A stretch of DNA of 64,000 bases from Candidatus Eiseniibacteriota bacterium (GTDB lineage: Bacteria > ARS69), in assembly GCA_052390515.1 (NCBI GenBank), contig JBQTGV010000005.1, positions 34,802 through 98,801 on the forward strand, in the 5' to 3' direction. The notes below the pieces were generated by a model. That model saw nothing but the letters and a program-made list of their open reading frames with translations, was not told where the DNA came from and did no database searches. How positions within the stretch are numbered: the stretch's first letter is position 1; the number at the start of each line of letters is the position of its first letter. Positions 37,423 through 47,499 of the stretch are shown piece after piece. Both the position numbers and the translations under genes were made by a program.

Positions 37423-39656
37423 GAGTGGCCCGCACCCCCGAGCGTCACGCGCCGGCGTTCCAGCCTCTCCGGAGCGGGAGCGCTCTCCACGATTCGGTAG
37501 AAGCCGTCGAGGTCGAATCCCTCGAGCCGTTGCTTGACGTCCGTCTTCGGCCACCAGATTTCCACCGATTCGACGCGTGACGCCTGACCGAGGCCGATCT
37601 CCTGGCGGAACGGGGCGGACCCGAAGCTGCCCCGCGGCCACTGCCAGCGGACCACCTCGCGCATGGCTCCGCCTTCCTCGAAGCGCACCCGGATGCGGCA
37701 CCCCAGCGCGTCGCGGTTCGATTCGACGCCGACGAGCTCCAGGCAGATCCAGCGGTTGCCGTGGCCCGGGTTCACGAAGAGGCTGTTGTAGTAGCTGTCG
37801 TACGGATACATCCCGCCCAGCTGCGAGAACACGTCCTGGTCGCCGTCGTTGTCCAGGTCGGCGAACGCGATACCGTGACCCTTCTGCAGATTGCCGAAGC
37901 CACCGGAGAAGGTCACGTTCTGGAACCGGCCGTGCGCATCGTTCCGGTACATCATGTTGGGCATGAGCACGTCGAACTCCGGTCCGCCGGTGCCGACGTA
38001 GAAGTCCAGCCAGCCGTCGTTGTCCAGGTCGCCGTAGTTCGCGCCCATGGTGAGCGCCTGGATCGTCAGCCCCGCCTCCTCCGTGACGTCGCGGAACGTC
38101 GCGCCCTCGTTGCGGTACAGCGTGTTGCGCGCGGTGGCCGCGTCGGCCCGCAGCCAGCTCTTCACGTACGCGTTCATGTCGCCGCCGTAGCCGGCCACGA
38201 AGAGGTCGAGCAGACCGTCGTTGTCGTAGTCCCACCACCACGTGGAGAAGCTGTTGACCGGCTTGTCGACACCGAGACCCGGCGCGATGTCCGTGAACGT
38301 GCCGTCGCCGTTGTTGCGGTACAGCCGGTTCAGATCGTATTGCGACGAACAATACAGGTCCGGGTAGCGGTCTCCGTCCCAGTCGCCCCAGGCGGAGCCC
38401 TTGATCAGCTTGAACGTCTCCACGCCAGCCGCCGCGGCGACGTCGGTGAACGTACCGTCGCCCTCGTTGCGGAACAGCTCGGCGGGGAAGCGCATGCGGG
38501 AGTTGGGCGGCGGCGTCTCGTTCCCGCAGAAGAGGTCGAGGTCCCCGTCCAGGTCTTAGTCGCCGAACGAGGCGTTCTGCACCGGATAGTCCACGCGCTC
38601 CAGTCCGGCGCGCGCGGTCACGTCCTCGAACGTGCCGTCGCCGCGGTTGCGGAGCAGCGACTTCGGCATGCGCCCGTAGGTGCCGAGCCAGCCGCCGCGC
38701 AGCACGAGGAGGTCCCGCCAGCCGTCGCCGTCGTAGTCGGCGTGGACGATGTTGAGACCGCCGAGCTGGCCGAGGATTCCCGCCTCCTCGGTGCGCTCCG
38801 TGAAGGTCCCGTCGCCGGTACCGCGCCAGTAGCGCATCTGCCCCTCGGGATTGGCGGTGGACACGAACACGTCCAGGAAACCGTCTCGATCGAAGTCCTC
38901 GATCGCCACGCCCCCCGCCAGGTTGAACGAGGCGAACCCCAGCTGCCCGGCCAGGTCGGAGAAGCGCCCGATGTCGTAGTCCGACTCGAGCGTCCGCGCC
39001 GGGAGCACCACCTTGGGATGCAGGTCGCCGGGATAGTCGCCGAGAGCCATCTTCGAGATGTTGGCGAACCACCGGGCTTGCGGCCGGAGCTGCACCGGAG
39101 CGCGGTCCACCAGGAAGATGAACGTGCCGAGGGCCCGCTCCGTACCGCCCCGGGAGGCGTGGACCCCGCTTCCCTGCAACGGGAACACGCAGCTCGCCGT
39201 CGAGTGGTGGTGAACGCAGTTCTGCAGCTCGCCGATGCGCAGCTGGGTGATGCCGAGCAGGTATCCGGTCAGCGGCGAGGGGTTCCGGTCGAAGCTGGAC
39301 TGGAAGTGCGCCTCCGCTTCCTCCGCGCGGCCGTGCTTGAACAGCTCGAAGGCGAGCCCGAACTCGTGCTGGGCCATCCGCTCGGCGGTGAATCCGGTCG
39401 TGTCCGCGTCCTCGAGGGCCTCGAGGTTCGCCAGACCGAAGTACATGTTGTCGCTGGCCTGCAGCTGCCGGGCGATCGCCAGAAGGCGGGCATGCTTCTG
39501 GTTGAGAGGTCCGCCGTCGTGCGTCGCAGCAGCGGCCCCGGGCACGGCATTGTCCGCCGGCTGCGCGGCCGGCACGGTCTCGTCGCGGACGGCGCATCCC
39601 GCGGCGAGAAGAACTCCGAACGCTGCGCCGGCGGCCGACATCCGGATCGTGGTCAC
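37419..39656 (-). pseudogene. CRTAC1/ASPIC-UnbV FG-GAP lipoprotein interrupted by an in-frame TAA at 38556-38558
   Basis: Two ORF-track pieces lie in the same frame: ...QNASFGD*DLDGDLDLF... Lipobox LLAAGC; C-terminal HGNRWICLELVGVESNRDALG..IGLG UnbV domain. Could be a sequencing error. Confidence 0.75.
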
Positions 39657-41290
39657 GGCGTGATCTCTCCCTCCACGAGCAAATGATAGCGGTTCACGGC
39701 CAGGGCCGGCCGACTTTCGTGCAGCCCCGAAGGCCAGTCCACCACCACCGAGTCGATCGCCGCGCGCTCCCCGAGGCCGAAGTGGATCCGCGGGTCGCTT
39801 CGGGAAAGGTAACTCGCTCCCGCCTGCACCTCCTCGGTGCCGGCCAGGCGGCCGCCGGCCCAGAGCGCCACACGTGCACCGACGCCGTCCCGGTTGGAGC
39901 GCGTACCTTTCGTGCCGAACCCGATCCAGTGGCGGCCGGGCGCTCCGGTGTTCTCCCAGAGCACGGCCCGGTCGTTCTGGTTCACGACCACGATGTCGAT
40001 ATCGCCGTCGTCGTCGAGATCGCCGAACGCGGCTCCCCGCCCCGCCCGGGGCACGAGCATTTCCGGGGCGAGCTCCGCGGTCACGTCCGCGAACGTCCCG
40101 TTCCCGCGGTTGCGGAACAGGAGCGCGCGCTGCTTCCACGAAGTCGTCGGGTCGGACTTCTCGGCGTCTGATTCGGTATGGCCGTTCGCGACGAACACGT
40201 CCTTCCATCCGTCCAAGTCGAAGTCGAAGAGCTTCGTCCCCCAGCCGACGTACGGCAGGCTGGGCGCACCCAGCCCGGACGACGCGGATGCGTCCAGGAA
40301 GTAGCCGGCCCCCTCGTTGTGGTACAGCGAGTTCGTCTCGTCCACGAAGTTGGTGACGAAGAGGTCGATCCAGCCGTCGTTGTCGTAGTCGCCGGCGGCG
40401 ACGCCCATGCCGGAGAGCTCCACGCCACTCTCGGAGTGGCTCGTGCCGGCGAGCAGTCCGATCTCCTCGAAGGTGCCGTCGCCCCGGTTCCGGAACAGCA
40501 AATTGGCGCACAGATCGTTGGCCACGTAGATGTCGATCCAGCCGTCCTGGTCGAAGTCGGTGCCGACGACCCCGAGCCCCCGGCCCCGCGCCGCGGTGAT
40601 CCCGGCCCGTTCGCTGACGTTCTCGAACGTGCCGTCCCCGCGGTTGCGGTAGAGGAGATGCGTCTCCGCGGGATAGCGCCGCGGCGGGCAGTACAGGCGA
40701 AGCGCGCCGTTGTCCGCGTGGCACACGTTGCTGTCCGGATCGGCCACCACGGCGTAGTTCGCCACGTACAGGTCCAGCCGACCGTCGTGATCGTAGTCCA
40801 GGAACGCGGCACTCGTTCCGAAGCGCGGGTCGGCCACGCCGGCGCGTTCCGACGTTTCGCGGAACGTCCCGTCGCCGCGGTTGACGTAGAGCCGGTCGGG
40901 ACCGTGGGTCGTCACGAAGACGTCCTGGTCCCCGTCGTTGTCGAAGTCGGCGGCGGTCGCGCCCATTCCGTAGCCGCGCTCGCCGAGCCCGGAGCGCGCG
41001 GTGACGTCGGCGAAGCGCAGACCGCCGAGGTTCCGGTAGAGGTGGTTCCCGCCCACCGAGGTCACCAGGTACACGTCGAGCCGGCCGTCGCCGTCGTAGT
41101 CGAAGATGCAGGCGCCCGAGCCCATCTGCTCCTGGCACTGCTTGGTTCCGGTGGCACCGTTGGAGTGCACGAAGTCGATCCCGGCCGCGGCGGTCGCGTC
41201 CCGGAAGACGGGAGCAGCCGACCCTGCGCCCTCCGGCGCGAGGACGGCGACCGCCAGCCACGCTGCTCTCGCCGTCGTCTGCAGGGTCAC
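39653..41290 (-). CDS. CRTAC1 family protein (FG-GAP repeats plus ASPIC/UnbV)
   Basis: Repeated DYDxDGxLD and LYRNxGDGTF; SNRDGVGA...YLS..HFGLG. Confidence 0.9.
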   Translation of the reverse strand: MTLQTTARAAWLAVAVLAPEGAGSAAPVFRDATAAAGIDFVHSNGATGTKQCQEQMGSGACIFDYDGDGRLDVYLVTSVGGNHLYRNLGGLRFADVTARSGLGERGYGMGATAADFDNDGDQDVFVTTHGPDRLYVNRGDGTFRETSERAGVADPRFGTSAAFLDYDHDGRLDLYVANYAVVADPDSNVCHADNGALRLYCPPRRYPAETHLLYRNRGDGTFENVSERAGITAARGRGLGVVGTDFDQDGWIDIYVANDLCANLLFRNRGDGTFEEIGLLAGTSHSESGVELSGMGVAAGDYDNDGWIDLFVTNFVDETNSLYHNEGAGYFLDASASSGLGAPSLPYVGWGTKLFDFDLDGWKDVFVANGHTESDAEKSDPTTSWKQRALLFRNRGNGTFADVTAELAPEMLVPRAGRGAAFGDLDDDGDIDIVVVNQNDRAVLWENTGAPGRHWIGFGTKGTRSNRDGVGARVALWAGGRLAGTEEVQAGASYLSRSDPRIHFGLGERAAIDSVVVDWPSGLHESRPALAVNRYHLLVEGEITP

Positions 41291-42993
41291 AGTTCCTCCC
41301 GGATCGCGGCGGCCCGCCCCTCGATGTGATCGGCTTCAGCGCTCCGGCCCAGGAGGCGGAGCACGTCGGCGAAACGGCGCGCCGCGCCGGCGTCTCCCGG
41401 CTTCGCGTGGAACTCCCGGCGTGTGTCCCGCTCCTGCCTCTCGAGGTGCTGCATCTCCTCCGCCTTCTTGGCGAGCTCCTCCGCCTCTTCCCGGCGACCC
41501 GCCTCGCGCAGCAGGCGCGACAGTGCATCGTACGGAGCCGCCGAAGTCGAAGCAACGGCGATGGCCTCGCGCAGGTCGTCCTGCGCCCACCCGGCCTTCC
41601 CCAGCGCGACGCGCGCTTCCGCTCTGGCCGTCAGCCACTCCTGATTCCGGGGACGCGCGCGGAGCGCCGTCGAGAGGAGCGCCTCGCCCTCCTCGGGCCG
41701 CCCCGCTCCGGTGAGCGCCCGGCCGAGCAACGCGACCACTCGCACGTCCTGCGGCGCGGCGCGGCGCGCCTCCTCGAGCGTCTTCGCCGCCTCCTCGAAG
41801 CGCGCGGCCTGGGTGAGCAGCCTGCCGAGAAGCAGCGTCATCTCCGGATTGGCCGGCTCCCGCTCGGCCGCGGCGCGGGCGTTCTCGAGCGCCGCGTCCA
41901 TGTCTCCGGCCAGCAGGTGCGCCTCCGCCGCGAGCCGGTGCGCGGCGGCGCCTCCCGAGGTTCGCTGCACCGCGCGTCCGGCCGCGGCGATCGCGCGCTC
42001 CGCGTCCGCGTCGGCCAGCGCCACCTCCGCCAGGGCGAGATGCGGTCGCGGAAGATCCGGACCGTCCTCGCAGACCGATTCGAGGATGAGCTTGGCCTCG
42101 TCGAACCGGCGGGCTTGAGCGAGCGCGGTCGTCAGCCCGTACGCGGCTTCGAGGTTGTCGCTGTGCGAGTGGAAGCCGGTCTCCAGACTTTCGATGTCCA
42201 TCTGCAGCGGGTGCAGGGCCTGATAGCGCCGACGCATGTCCTCGGCTTCCGCTTCCGCTCCGGTCAACTGCAGGGCGCGCGCCAGATTGAAGAACGCGTG
42301 GGCGGGCTGGGGAGGGAGGATCGTCCCGCGGCGGAAGTCCTCGACCGCGCCGGCGAAGTCCCGTCTGCGGAGCCGGGCGAGCCCGCGGTGGTACACGGCG
42401 TCTCCCAGGAACGGGTTCGCCTTCAGAGCGAGGTTCAGCTCCGCCACGCCCTCCTCGTCTCGGCCCGCCAGCACGAGCGTCTTCCCGAGCCCGGCGCGGG
42501 CGGACGAGTTCTCCGGCTCGAGCGAGAGCGCCGCGCGGAAGGCCGCCTCGGCGCCGGCGTAGTCGGCGGTGCCCACCATTCCCCCGCCGAGCAGGACCCG
42601 GCCGAGCGCCACGTGGTACCGAGCCGTGGCGGGCGACAGCCGTGCCGCCTCGCGCGCCGCCTCCACCGCGGCGAGGTTCCGCCGCCGCCGCTGATCGAGT
42701 TCGGACTTTGCGTGATGCGCGCGCGCGTCTCCGGGCGCCAGCTCCACCGCGCGTGCCGCGGCTTCGACCCCGAGCGAGGTGCGGCGGGTCAGCAGCGCGG
42801 TGCGCGCCAGCAGGATCCACGGCTCCGCATCGTCCATCGCTCCGCGCGTCTCCGCCGCGTCCACCAGCTCCGAGGCGAGGCGGAAGGCGTCCTGACGGCG
42901 CCCCTCGGCGAGCGCGCGCTCCACCTTCACCGACGGTGACTGCGCGCAGCCGCACAGGACCGCCGCCGCGACGACCGCGAGCGCACGCCTCAC
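41287..42993 (-). CDS. TPR-repeat lipoprotein
   Basis: GTG start overlapping upstream stop, lipobox VLCGC, tandem TPRs. Confidence 0.82.
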   Translation of the reverse strand: MRRALAVVAAAVLCGCAQSPSVKVERALAEGRRQDAFRLASELVDAAETRGAMDDAEPWILLARTALLTRRTSLGVEAAARAVELAPGDARAHHAKSELDQRRRRNLAAVEAAREAARLSPATARYHVALGRVLLGGGMVGTADYAGAEAAFRAALSLEPENSSARAGLGKTLVLAGRDEEGVAELNLALKANPFLGDAVYHRGLARLRRRDFAGAVEDFRRGTILPPQPAHAFFNLARALQLTGAEAEAEDMRRRYQALHPLQMDIESLETGFHSHSDNLEAAYGLTTALAQARRFDEAKLILESVCEDGPDLPRPHLALAEVALADADAERAIAAAGRAVQRTSGGAAAHRLAAEAHLLAGDMDAALENARAAAEREPANPEMTLLLGRLLTQAARFEEAAKTLEEARRAAPQDVRVVALLGRALTGAGRPEEGEALLSTALRARPRNQEWLTARAEARVALGKAGWAQDDLREAIAVASTSAAPYDALSRLLREAGRREEAEELAKKAEEMQHLERQERDTRREFHAKPGDAGAARRFADVLRLLGRSAEADHIEGRAAAIREEL

Positions 42994-44624
42994 CGTGGCT
43001 CCTCGAGGACGTGGTAACGATCCGGCTCCAGGCCGCGTCGCACGTCCCGAGCTCCGGTCGGCCAGCGGATGATCACCGAGTCCACCTCCGCGCGGGAGCC
43101 GAGGGCGAAGAGCAGTCGGCGGTCGTGACAGGACAGGAAGCTCCCGCCGGCACGAACCTCCTCGACGAAGCCGCGCCCGCCGGCGTGTAGCTCGACGGCT
43201 GCGCCGATGGCGTTGGGGTTCGAGCGCGTTCCGGCGAGCTCGAGACCGATCCAGCGGCGCGCCGCGCGGCGGTTCTCGAACACCCGAGCGGGTGCGTTCT
43301 GGCACAGCACGACGAGATCGGGGTCGCCGTCGTCGTCCAGGTCCCCGACCGCGGCGCCCCGACCCGCGGTGCGCTCCCGGAAGTCGGGCGCGTACGCATC
43401 GGTGACGTCCTCGAAGGTGCCGTCGCCCAGACCCCGGTAGAAGAAGCTGGGCTGCCGATAGCCTTCGGGATCGTCGACCCTCGCCGCATCCGGCTCCACG
43501 TGCCCGTTCACCACGAACACGTCCCGCCAGCCGTCGCCGTCGAAGTCCACGAAGTCCGTGCCCCACCCCACGTAGGGGAGGCTCGACCGGCCGAGACCCG
43601 ATCTCGCCGTCTCGTCCTGGAAGAATCCGTCTCCTTCGTTATGGTACAGGGTGTTCGTCTGGCCGACGAAGTTCGTCACGAACAGGTCGATCCACCCGTC
43701 GTGATCGTAGTCCCCGGCGGCGACGCCCATGCCGGACTCCGCGCGTCCGGTCTCCGAGTGGCTCACGCCGGCATAGTACGCCACGTCCTCGAACCGACCG
43801 TGGCCGTCGTTGCGCAGCAGGTTGTTCGGATCCAGGTCGTTCGCCACGTAGATGTCGTGATCCCCGTCGTGATCGTAGTCGGTGACGACGACCCCGAGCC
43901 CGCGGCCCAGCAGGTCGGCGAGGCCGGCCTCCTCGGTCACGTTCTCGAACGTGCCGTCGCCGCGGTTGCGGTACAACGCGTCGGCGGCGGGCGGGTAGTC
44001 CGTCGGTCGGCAGACCAGACGCAGGACGCCGTCCTGCGCGAGGCACACGTTGGTGTCGGGCTGGGCCACGTACACGTAGTTCGCGACGTACAGGTCCAGG
44101 TCGCCGTCCCTCTCTGCGTCCAGGAACGCCGCCCCGCATCCCCAGCGTGCGTCGGACAGGCCACGGGCCGCGGCTTCCTCGCGGAACGTGCCGTCGCCGC
44201 GGTTCATCCACAGGCGAATCGCCCCGAAGCCGGTCACGACGAGATCGTCGTCACCGTCCCGGTCGACGTCGCCGGCGACGGCCGCCATTCCGTAGCCCGC
44301 ATCCCCCACCCCGGCACGATCGGTCACGTCCTCGAAGCGAAGGCCACCGAGGTTGCGGTAGAGGCGGCTCTTCCCCACGCAATTCACCAGGTACACGTCG
44401 ACACGCCCGTCTCCGTCGTGATCGATGAGGCACGCTCCCGAGCCCATCGTCTCCTGGTACTGCTTCTCTCCCGTCGCGCCGTTCGAGTGCGTAAAGGCAA
44501 TCCCGGTGGAGCCCGTGACGTCCACGAGGATCGCCCCCCCGGCCGGCTCGGCCGCGAGGGTCGGACGGGAGAACGCGGAGAACGCGGCGGAACCGAGGGC
44601 GAATGCAACGTAGGCGGCTCTCAA
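42990..44624 (-). CDS. CRTAC1 family protein (FG-GAP repeats plus ASPIC/UnbV)
   Basis: HSNGATGEKQYQETMGSG, DxDxDG repeats, SNPNAIGA..FLS..FALG. TTGA overlap. Confidence 0.9.
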   Translation of the reverse strand: MRAAYVAFALGSAAFSAFSRPTLAAEPAGGAILVDVTGSTGIAFTHSNGATGEKQYQETMGSGACLIDHDGDGRVDVYLVNCVGKSRLYRNLGGLRFEDVTDRAGVGDAGYGMAAVAGDVDRDGDDDLVVTGFGAIRLWMNRGDGTFREEAAARGLSDARWGCGAAFLDAERDGDLDLYVANYVYVAQPDTNVCLAQDGVLRLVCRPTDYPPAADALYRNRGDGTFENVTEEAGLADLLGRGLGVVVTDYDHDGDHDIYVANDLDPNNLLRNDGHGRFEDVAYYAGVSHSETGRAESGMGVAAGDYDHDGWIDLFVTNFVGQTNTLYHNEGDGFFQDETARSGLGRSSLPYVGWGTDFVDFDGDGWRDVFVVNGHVEPDAARVDDPEGYRQPSFFYRGLGDGTFEDVTDAYAPDFRERTAGRGAAVGDLDDDGDPDLVVLCQNAPARVFENRRAARRWIGLELAGTRSNPNAIGAAVELHAGGRGFVEEVRAGGSFLSCHDRRLLFALGSRAEVDSVIIRWPTGARDVRRGLEPDRYHVLEEPR

Positions 44625-46315
44625 GCGACAGGCTCCCAGGCGAACGCGCGAGCGCGCACCCTGCCGGCCTCGGCCGCGAGACCGCAGTCGGAAAGCAGGC
44701 CGGCGAGCTCGAGCGCACGTGCGAAGTCGGACGGGTCGCGGCCCACGCGTTCGCGGAGCTCGGCGACGGCGGCGATTCGCCGGCGCGCATCGCGCAGCTC
44801 TCCCTCCTCGCGCCCGACGTGGCCGCCCCCGGCTCGGACCGCGCCGATCAGCGCCTCCCGGGGCGGGATCCACAGCGGCGCGAGCTCGATCGCGGCACGG
44901 AGGTCCGCCTCGGCGCCGCGGGCGTCGCCCCCGTCCAGCCGCGCGAGAGCGCGCTCGTACAGCCAGCGGTGCCGGCGCGGCCTCTGGTCGAGCGCCGCGG
45001 TGAGCGCTCGCACCGCCTCGCCCGGATGGCCGGTGGCGCGCAGGATCCGACCACGCGCCGCATCCAGCCGCGGGTGACGGTTGACGAGCGCCCGCGCTTC
45101 CTCGAGCACGCGGGCTCCCTCCTCGACAAGCCCGGCGTCGAGCAGCGCGTCGAGCAGCGTGAACCGGTATTCGGTCTCCTCGGGAACGAGCCGCACCGCT
45201 TCGCGGGCCGGAGGGACGGCGTCGTCCACTGCTCCGCACTCCGTCGCCACGACCGCGGCGAGGTTCAGCACCTCGGGATCCTCCGGAGCGAGCTCCTGCG
45301 CCGAGGCGGCGGCCCGGGTGGCCGTCTCGCACCGCGACGCGTCCAGCGCAGCGCGCGCGAGCAGCGGCGGCGGAGCGGAGAGCTCCGGCTCATCCTCGCA
45401 CAGCGAGTCGAGCAACGGGATGGCCTCGTCGTGGCGCTCCAGTTCGGTGAGAACGCGTCCCAGCTCGGTGGCCACGGCCACGTCGCCGGACTCCAGCGAG
45501 TACGAAAGCCACAGGCCCCCGACGTACTCCTCGCGCTTCGTCGCCACCTCGTGCAGGCGCCGCTGCTCCTCGGCGTCGTCGTGCCGACCGAGCCGCGCGT
45601 AGGCCCGCGACAGATTGAAGTGCACGGCCGGATCGGTGGCGCCGAGCGCGAGCGCCCGCTCGCAGTCCGCCGCCGCTCCGGCGAAGTCCCGGGTCCGTAG
45701 CCTCGTGATTCCGCGGAGATGCAGCAACTCTCCGAACTCGAGTCCCTCGTCCACGAGCGAGTCGAGGATCTTCGCCCCCTCCTCCTGCTCGTCGCCGAGC
45801 ACCAGCGCCTTCGCCAGCCAGAAGCGGGCGCGCGGGTCGTCGGGCTGCCGGCGAAGCGCCTCGCGCAGCTCCGCCTGGCTCGCCGCGTACTCCGGGGTCC
45901 CCTGCCGGCCCTGCACGAGCAGGATCTGTGCGTGCGCCAAGCGCAGCTCCGGCCGGTCCGGCGCGAGCTGGACGGCGCGGGCGGCGCTCTCCCGGGCCCG
46001 CAACGTCAGGGACCGGCGCGCGTCGAGGACCGCTTTCAGCATGTGAGCCCCGGCGTCCTCCGGCGCGAGCTCCGCCGCGCGTGCGGCGCTGGCCGCGGCA
46101 CCCGAGATCCGTAGCGTCCGGGCGCCCGCGACCGCCAGATGAAAGCGGGCCTCGGCCGACTCCGTGCCCCCCGCGACCGCCGGGGCGAGGATCCGGAAGG
46201 CCTCCTGGGGGTCGCCCGCCTCCAGGGCACGGCGCCCCCGGGCCACGGCATCGTCCCCCTCCGGCGAGCATCCTCCGAGGAGCGCCAGCGAGATGGCTAT
46301 CGGAAGGCGCCGCAA
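44621..46315 (-). CDS. TPR-repeat lipoprotein
   Basis: TTG start after GGAGAAG, lipobox LLGGC, tandem TPRs. Confidence 0.82.
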   Translation of the reverse strand: MRRLPIAISLALLGGCSPEGDDAVARGRRALEAGDPQEAFRILAPAVAGGTESAEARFHLAVAGARTLRISGAAASAARAAELAPEDAGAHMLKAVLDARRSLTLRARESAARAVQLAPDRPELRLAHAQILLVQGRQGTPEYAASQAELREALRRQPDDPRARFWLAKALVLGDEQEEGAKILDSLVDEGLEFGELLHLRGITRLRTRDFAGAAADCERALALGATDPAVHFNLSRAYARLGRHDDAEEQRRLHEVATKREEYVGGLWLSYSLESGDVAVATELGRVLTELERHDEAIPLLDSLCEDEPELSAPPPLLARAALDASRCETATRAAASAQELAPEDPEVLNLAAVVATECGAVDDAVPPAREAVRLVPEETEYRFTLLDALLDAGLVEEGARVLEEARALVNRHPRLDAARGRILRATGHPGEAVRALTAALDQRPRRHRWLYERALARLDGGDARGAEADLRAAIELAPLWIPPREALIGAVRAGGGHVGREEGELRDARRRIAAVAELRERVGRDPSDFARALELAGLLSDCGLAAEAGRVRARAFAWEPVA

Positions 46316-46481
46316 CGGCTTCTCCGGGCGAGGGGCACCGCGCAGTGTAAGCCGGGACGTCGAGGAATCGCCACACCGTGACGTCTCGCCACGCTTGCGC
46401 GGCCCGCGCCTCCTTCCGCGCGCAAGCCCCGAACCCGTTGAGAGAGCATCGGTTCCAGCAACCGTGGGCCCAGCCGGGTCG

Positions 46482-46497
46482 TGGCACGACGGGTGCA
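46482..46497 (+). promoter_or_regulatory. Sigma54 (-24/-12) promoter-like site
   Basis: TGGCACGACGGGTGCA, GG-N10-GC spacing, 50 nt before ATG 46548. Confidence 0.6.
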
Positions 46498-46547
46498 TTG
46501 AGGCCTGCCGAGTTCCGAACACCTGACCCGAAACGAGGAGTCCGACC

Positions 46548-47378
46548 ATGAACCGGATGAAGAGCCTGCGAGCCCTGACCCCCGCCGTGCTCGGCCTGAT
46601 CATGCTCACCACCACCGGCTGTCTCGACGAGTCCCCGACCAGCCCGGTCGACCCGCAGGCCGACGCTCCGGCCCTCCCCGCCCCGGAGAACCTCACGTTC
46701 CCGCTCGGATTCTTCGACCAGGGCGCGGCGATGCAGCGCGCCGCCGGCAAGGACCACTTCTTCAACGCGTACGTTCGCGTCGTGGTCGTGCACACGATCG
46801 TCGACCTGATGCTCACTCCGCCGATCGCCGCGTTCGCGCTGGCGCTGAACACGCCGCCGAGCCTGCAGGACGACGGCTCATGGATCTGGGTGTACACGTA
46901 CGTGAACGGCAGCGAGGAAGCGCAGATCCGCCTCCGCGGCAAGTCCCTCGGCGGCGACCGGGTCGCCTGGGAGCTCCGCGTGACCAACCGGCACGAGGTC
47001 CCCGCGCTGAACAACGTGGTGTGGTTCGAGGGTGAGACCGACGACGAGGGCGAAGCGGGCTTCTTCCTCTTCCACGACGTGTTCGAGGACGCGAACCCCG
47101 TCAGCGGCCGTCTCGACTGGGGCGCGGACAGCCAGGGCGACTTCCTCCGCCTGACCGACCTCGACGACAACCCGAACGACACGCTGGAGTACCGCGAGGT
47201 GGGGACCCGCAAGTCGCTCACGTTCAGCGACGCGTCGAGCCCGGGCCTGGGCTGGTTCGTGAAGTGGGACGAGTCCGACGGCACCGGCAGACTGCAGGCG
47301 CCCGACTACAACGGCGGCCTCGAGGCGTGCTGGGACGAGCACCAGAACGACACGGTGTGCGACTCGCCCGCGTCCTAG
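46548..47378 (+). CDS. Hypothetical lipoprotein
   Basis: Lipobox TTTGC, RBS GAGGAG, beta-rich, C-terminal CWD...C. Confidence 0.85.
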   Translation: MNRMKSLRALTPAVLGLIMLTTTGCLDESPTSPVDPQADAPALPAPENLTFPLGFFDQGAAMQRAAGKDHFFNAYVRVVVVHTIVDLMLTPPIAAFALALNTPPSLQDDGSWIWVYTYVNGSEEAQIRLRGKSLGGDRVAWELRVTNRHEVPALNNVVWFEGETDDEGEAGFFLFHDVFEDANPVSGRLDWGADSQGDFLRLTDLDDNPNDTLEYREVGTRKSLTFSDASSPGLGWFVKWDESDGTGRLQAPDYNGGLEACWDEHQNDTVCDSPAS

Positions 47379-47499
47379 GCGAGTCGGCGCGGACGACGAG
47401 CCGCCCATAGACGACTCGCCGGCCGTACGATGGGGCCGCTCGGGATCCGCCGGGCGGCCCCTTGCCGTTCGCCTCCGTGCCGTTCTACGCTGTCGCTCA

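Noticed and set aside
38556-38558. Programmed stop-codon recoding (Sec, Pyl or alternative code)
   Set aside because: The stop is TAA at a Tyr position, which fits neither Sec (TGA) nor Pyl (TAG). It is a single instance, so mutation or error is more parsimonious.
37419-44624. Recurring DNA motifs such as GAACGTGCCGTCGCCGCGGTTGCGG as a nucleotide repeat array
   Set aside because: They encode the RNRGDGTF FG-GAP protein repeats and are irregularly spaced.
47361-47420. Alternative hairpins GACTCGCC/GGCGAGTC as a riboswitch or ncRNA
   Set aside because: Short stems at a gene end with no recognisable aptamer; at most a terminator-like structure.
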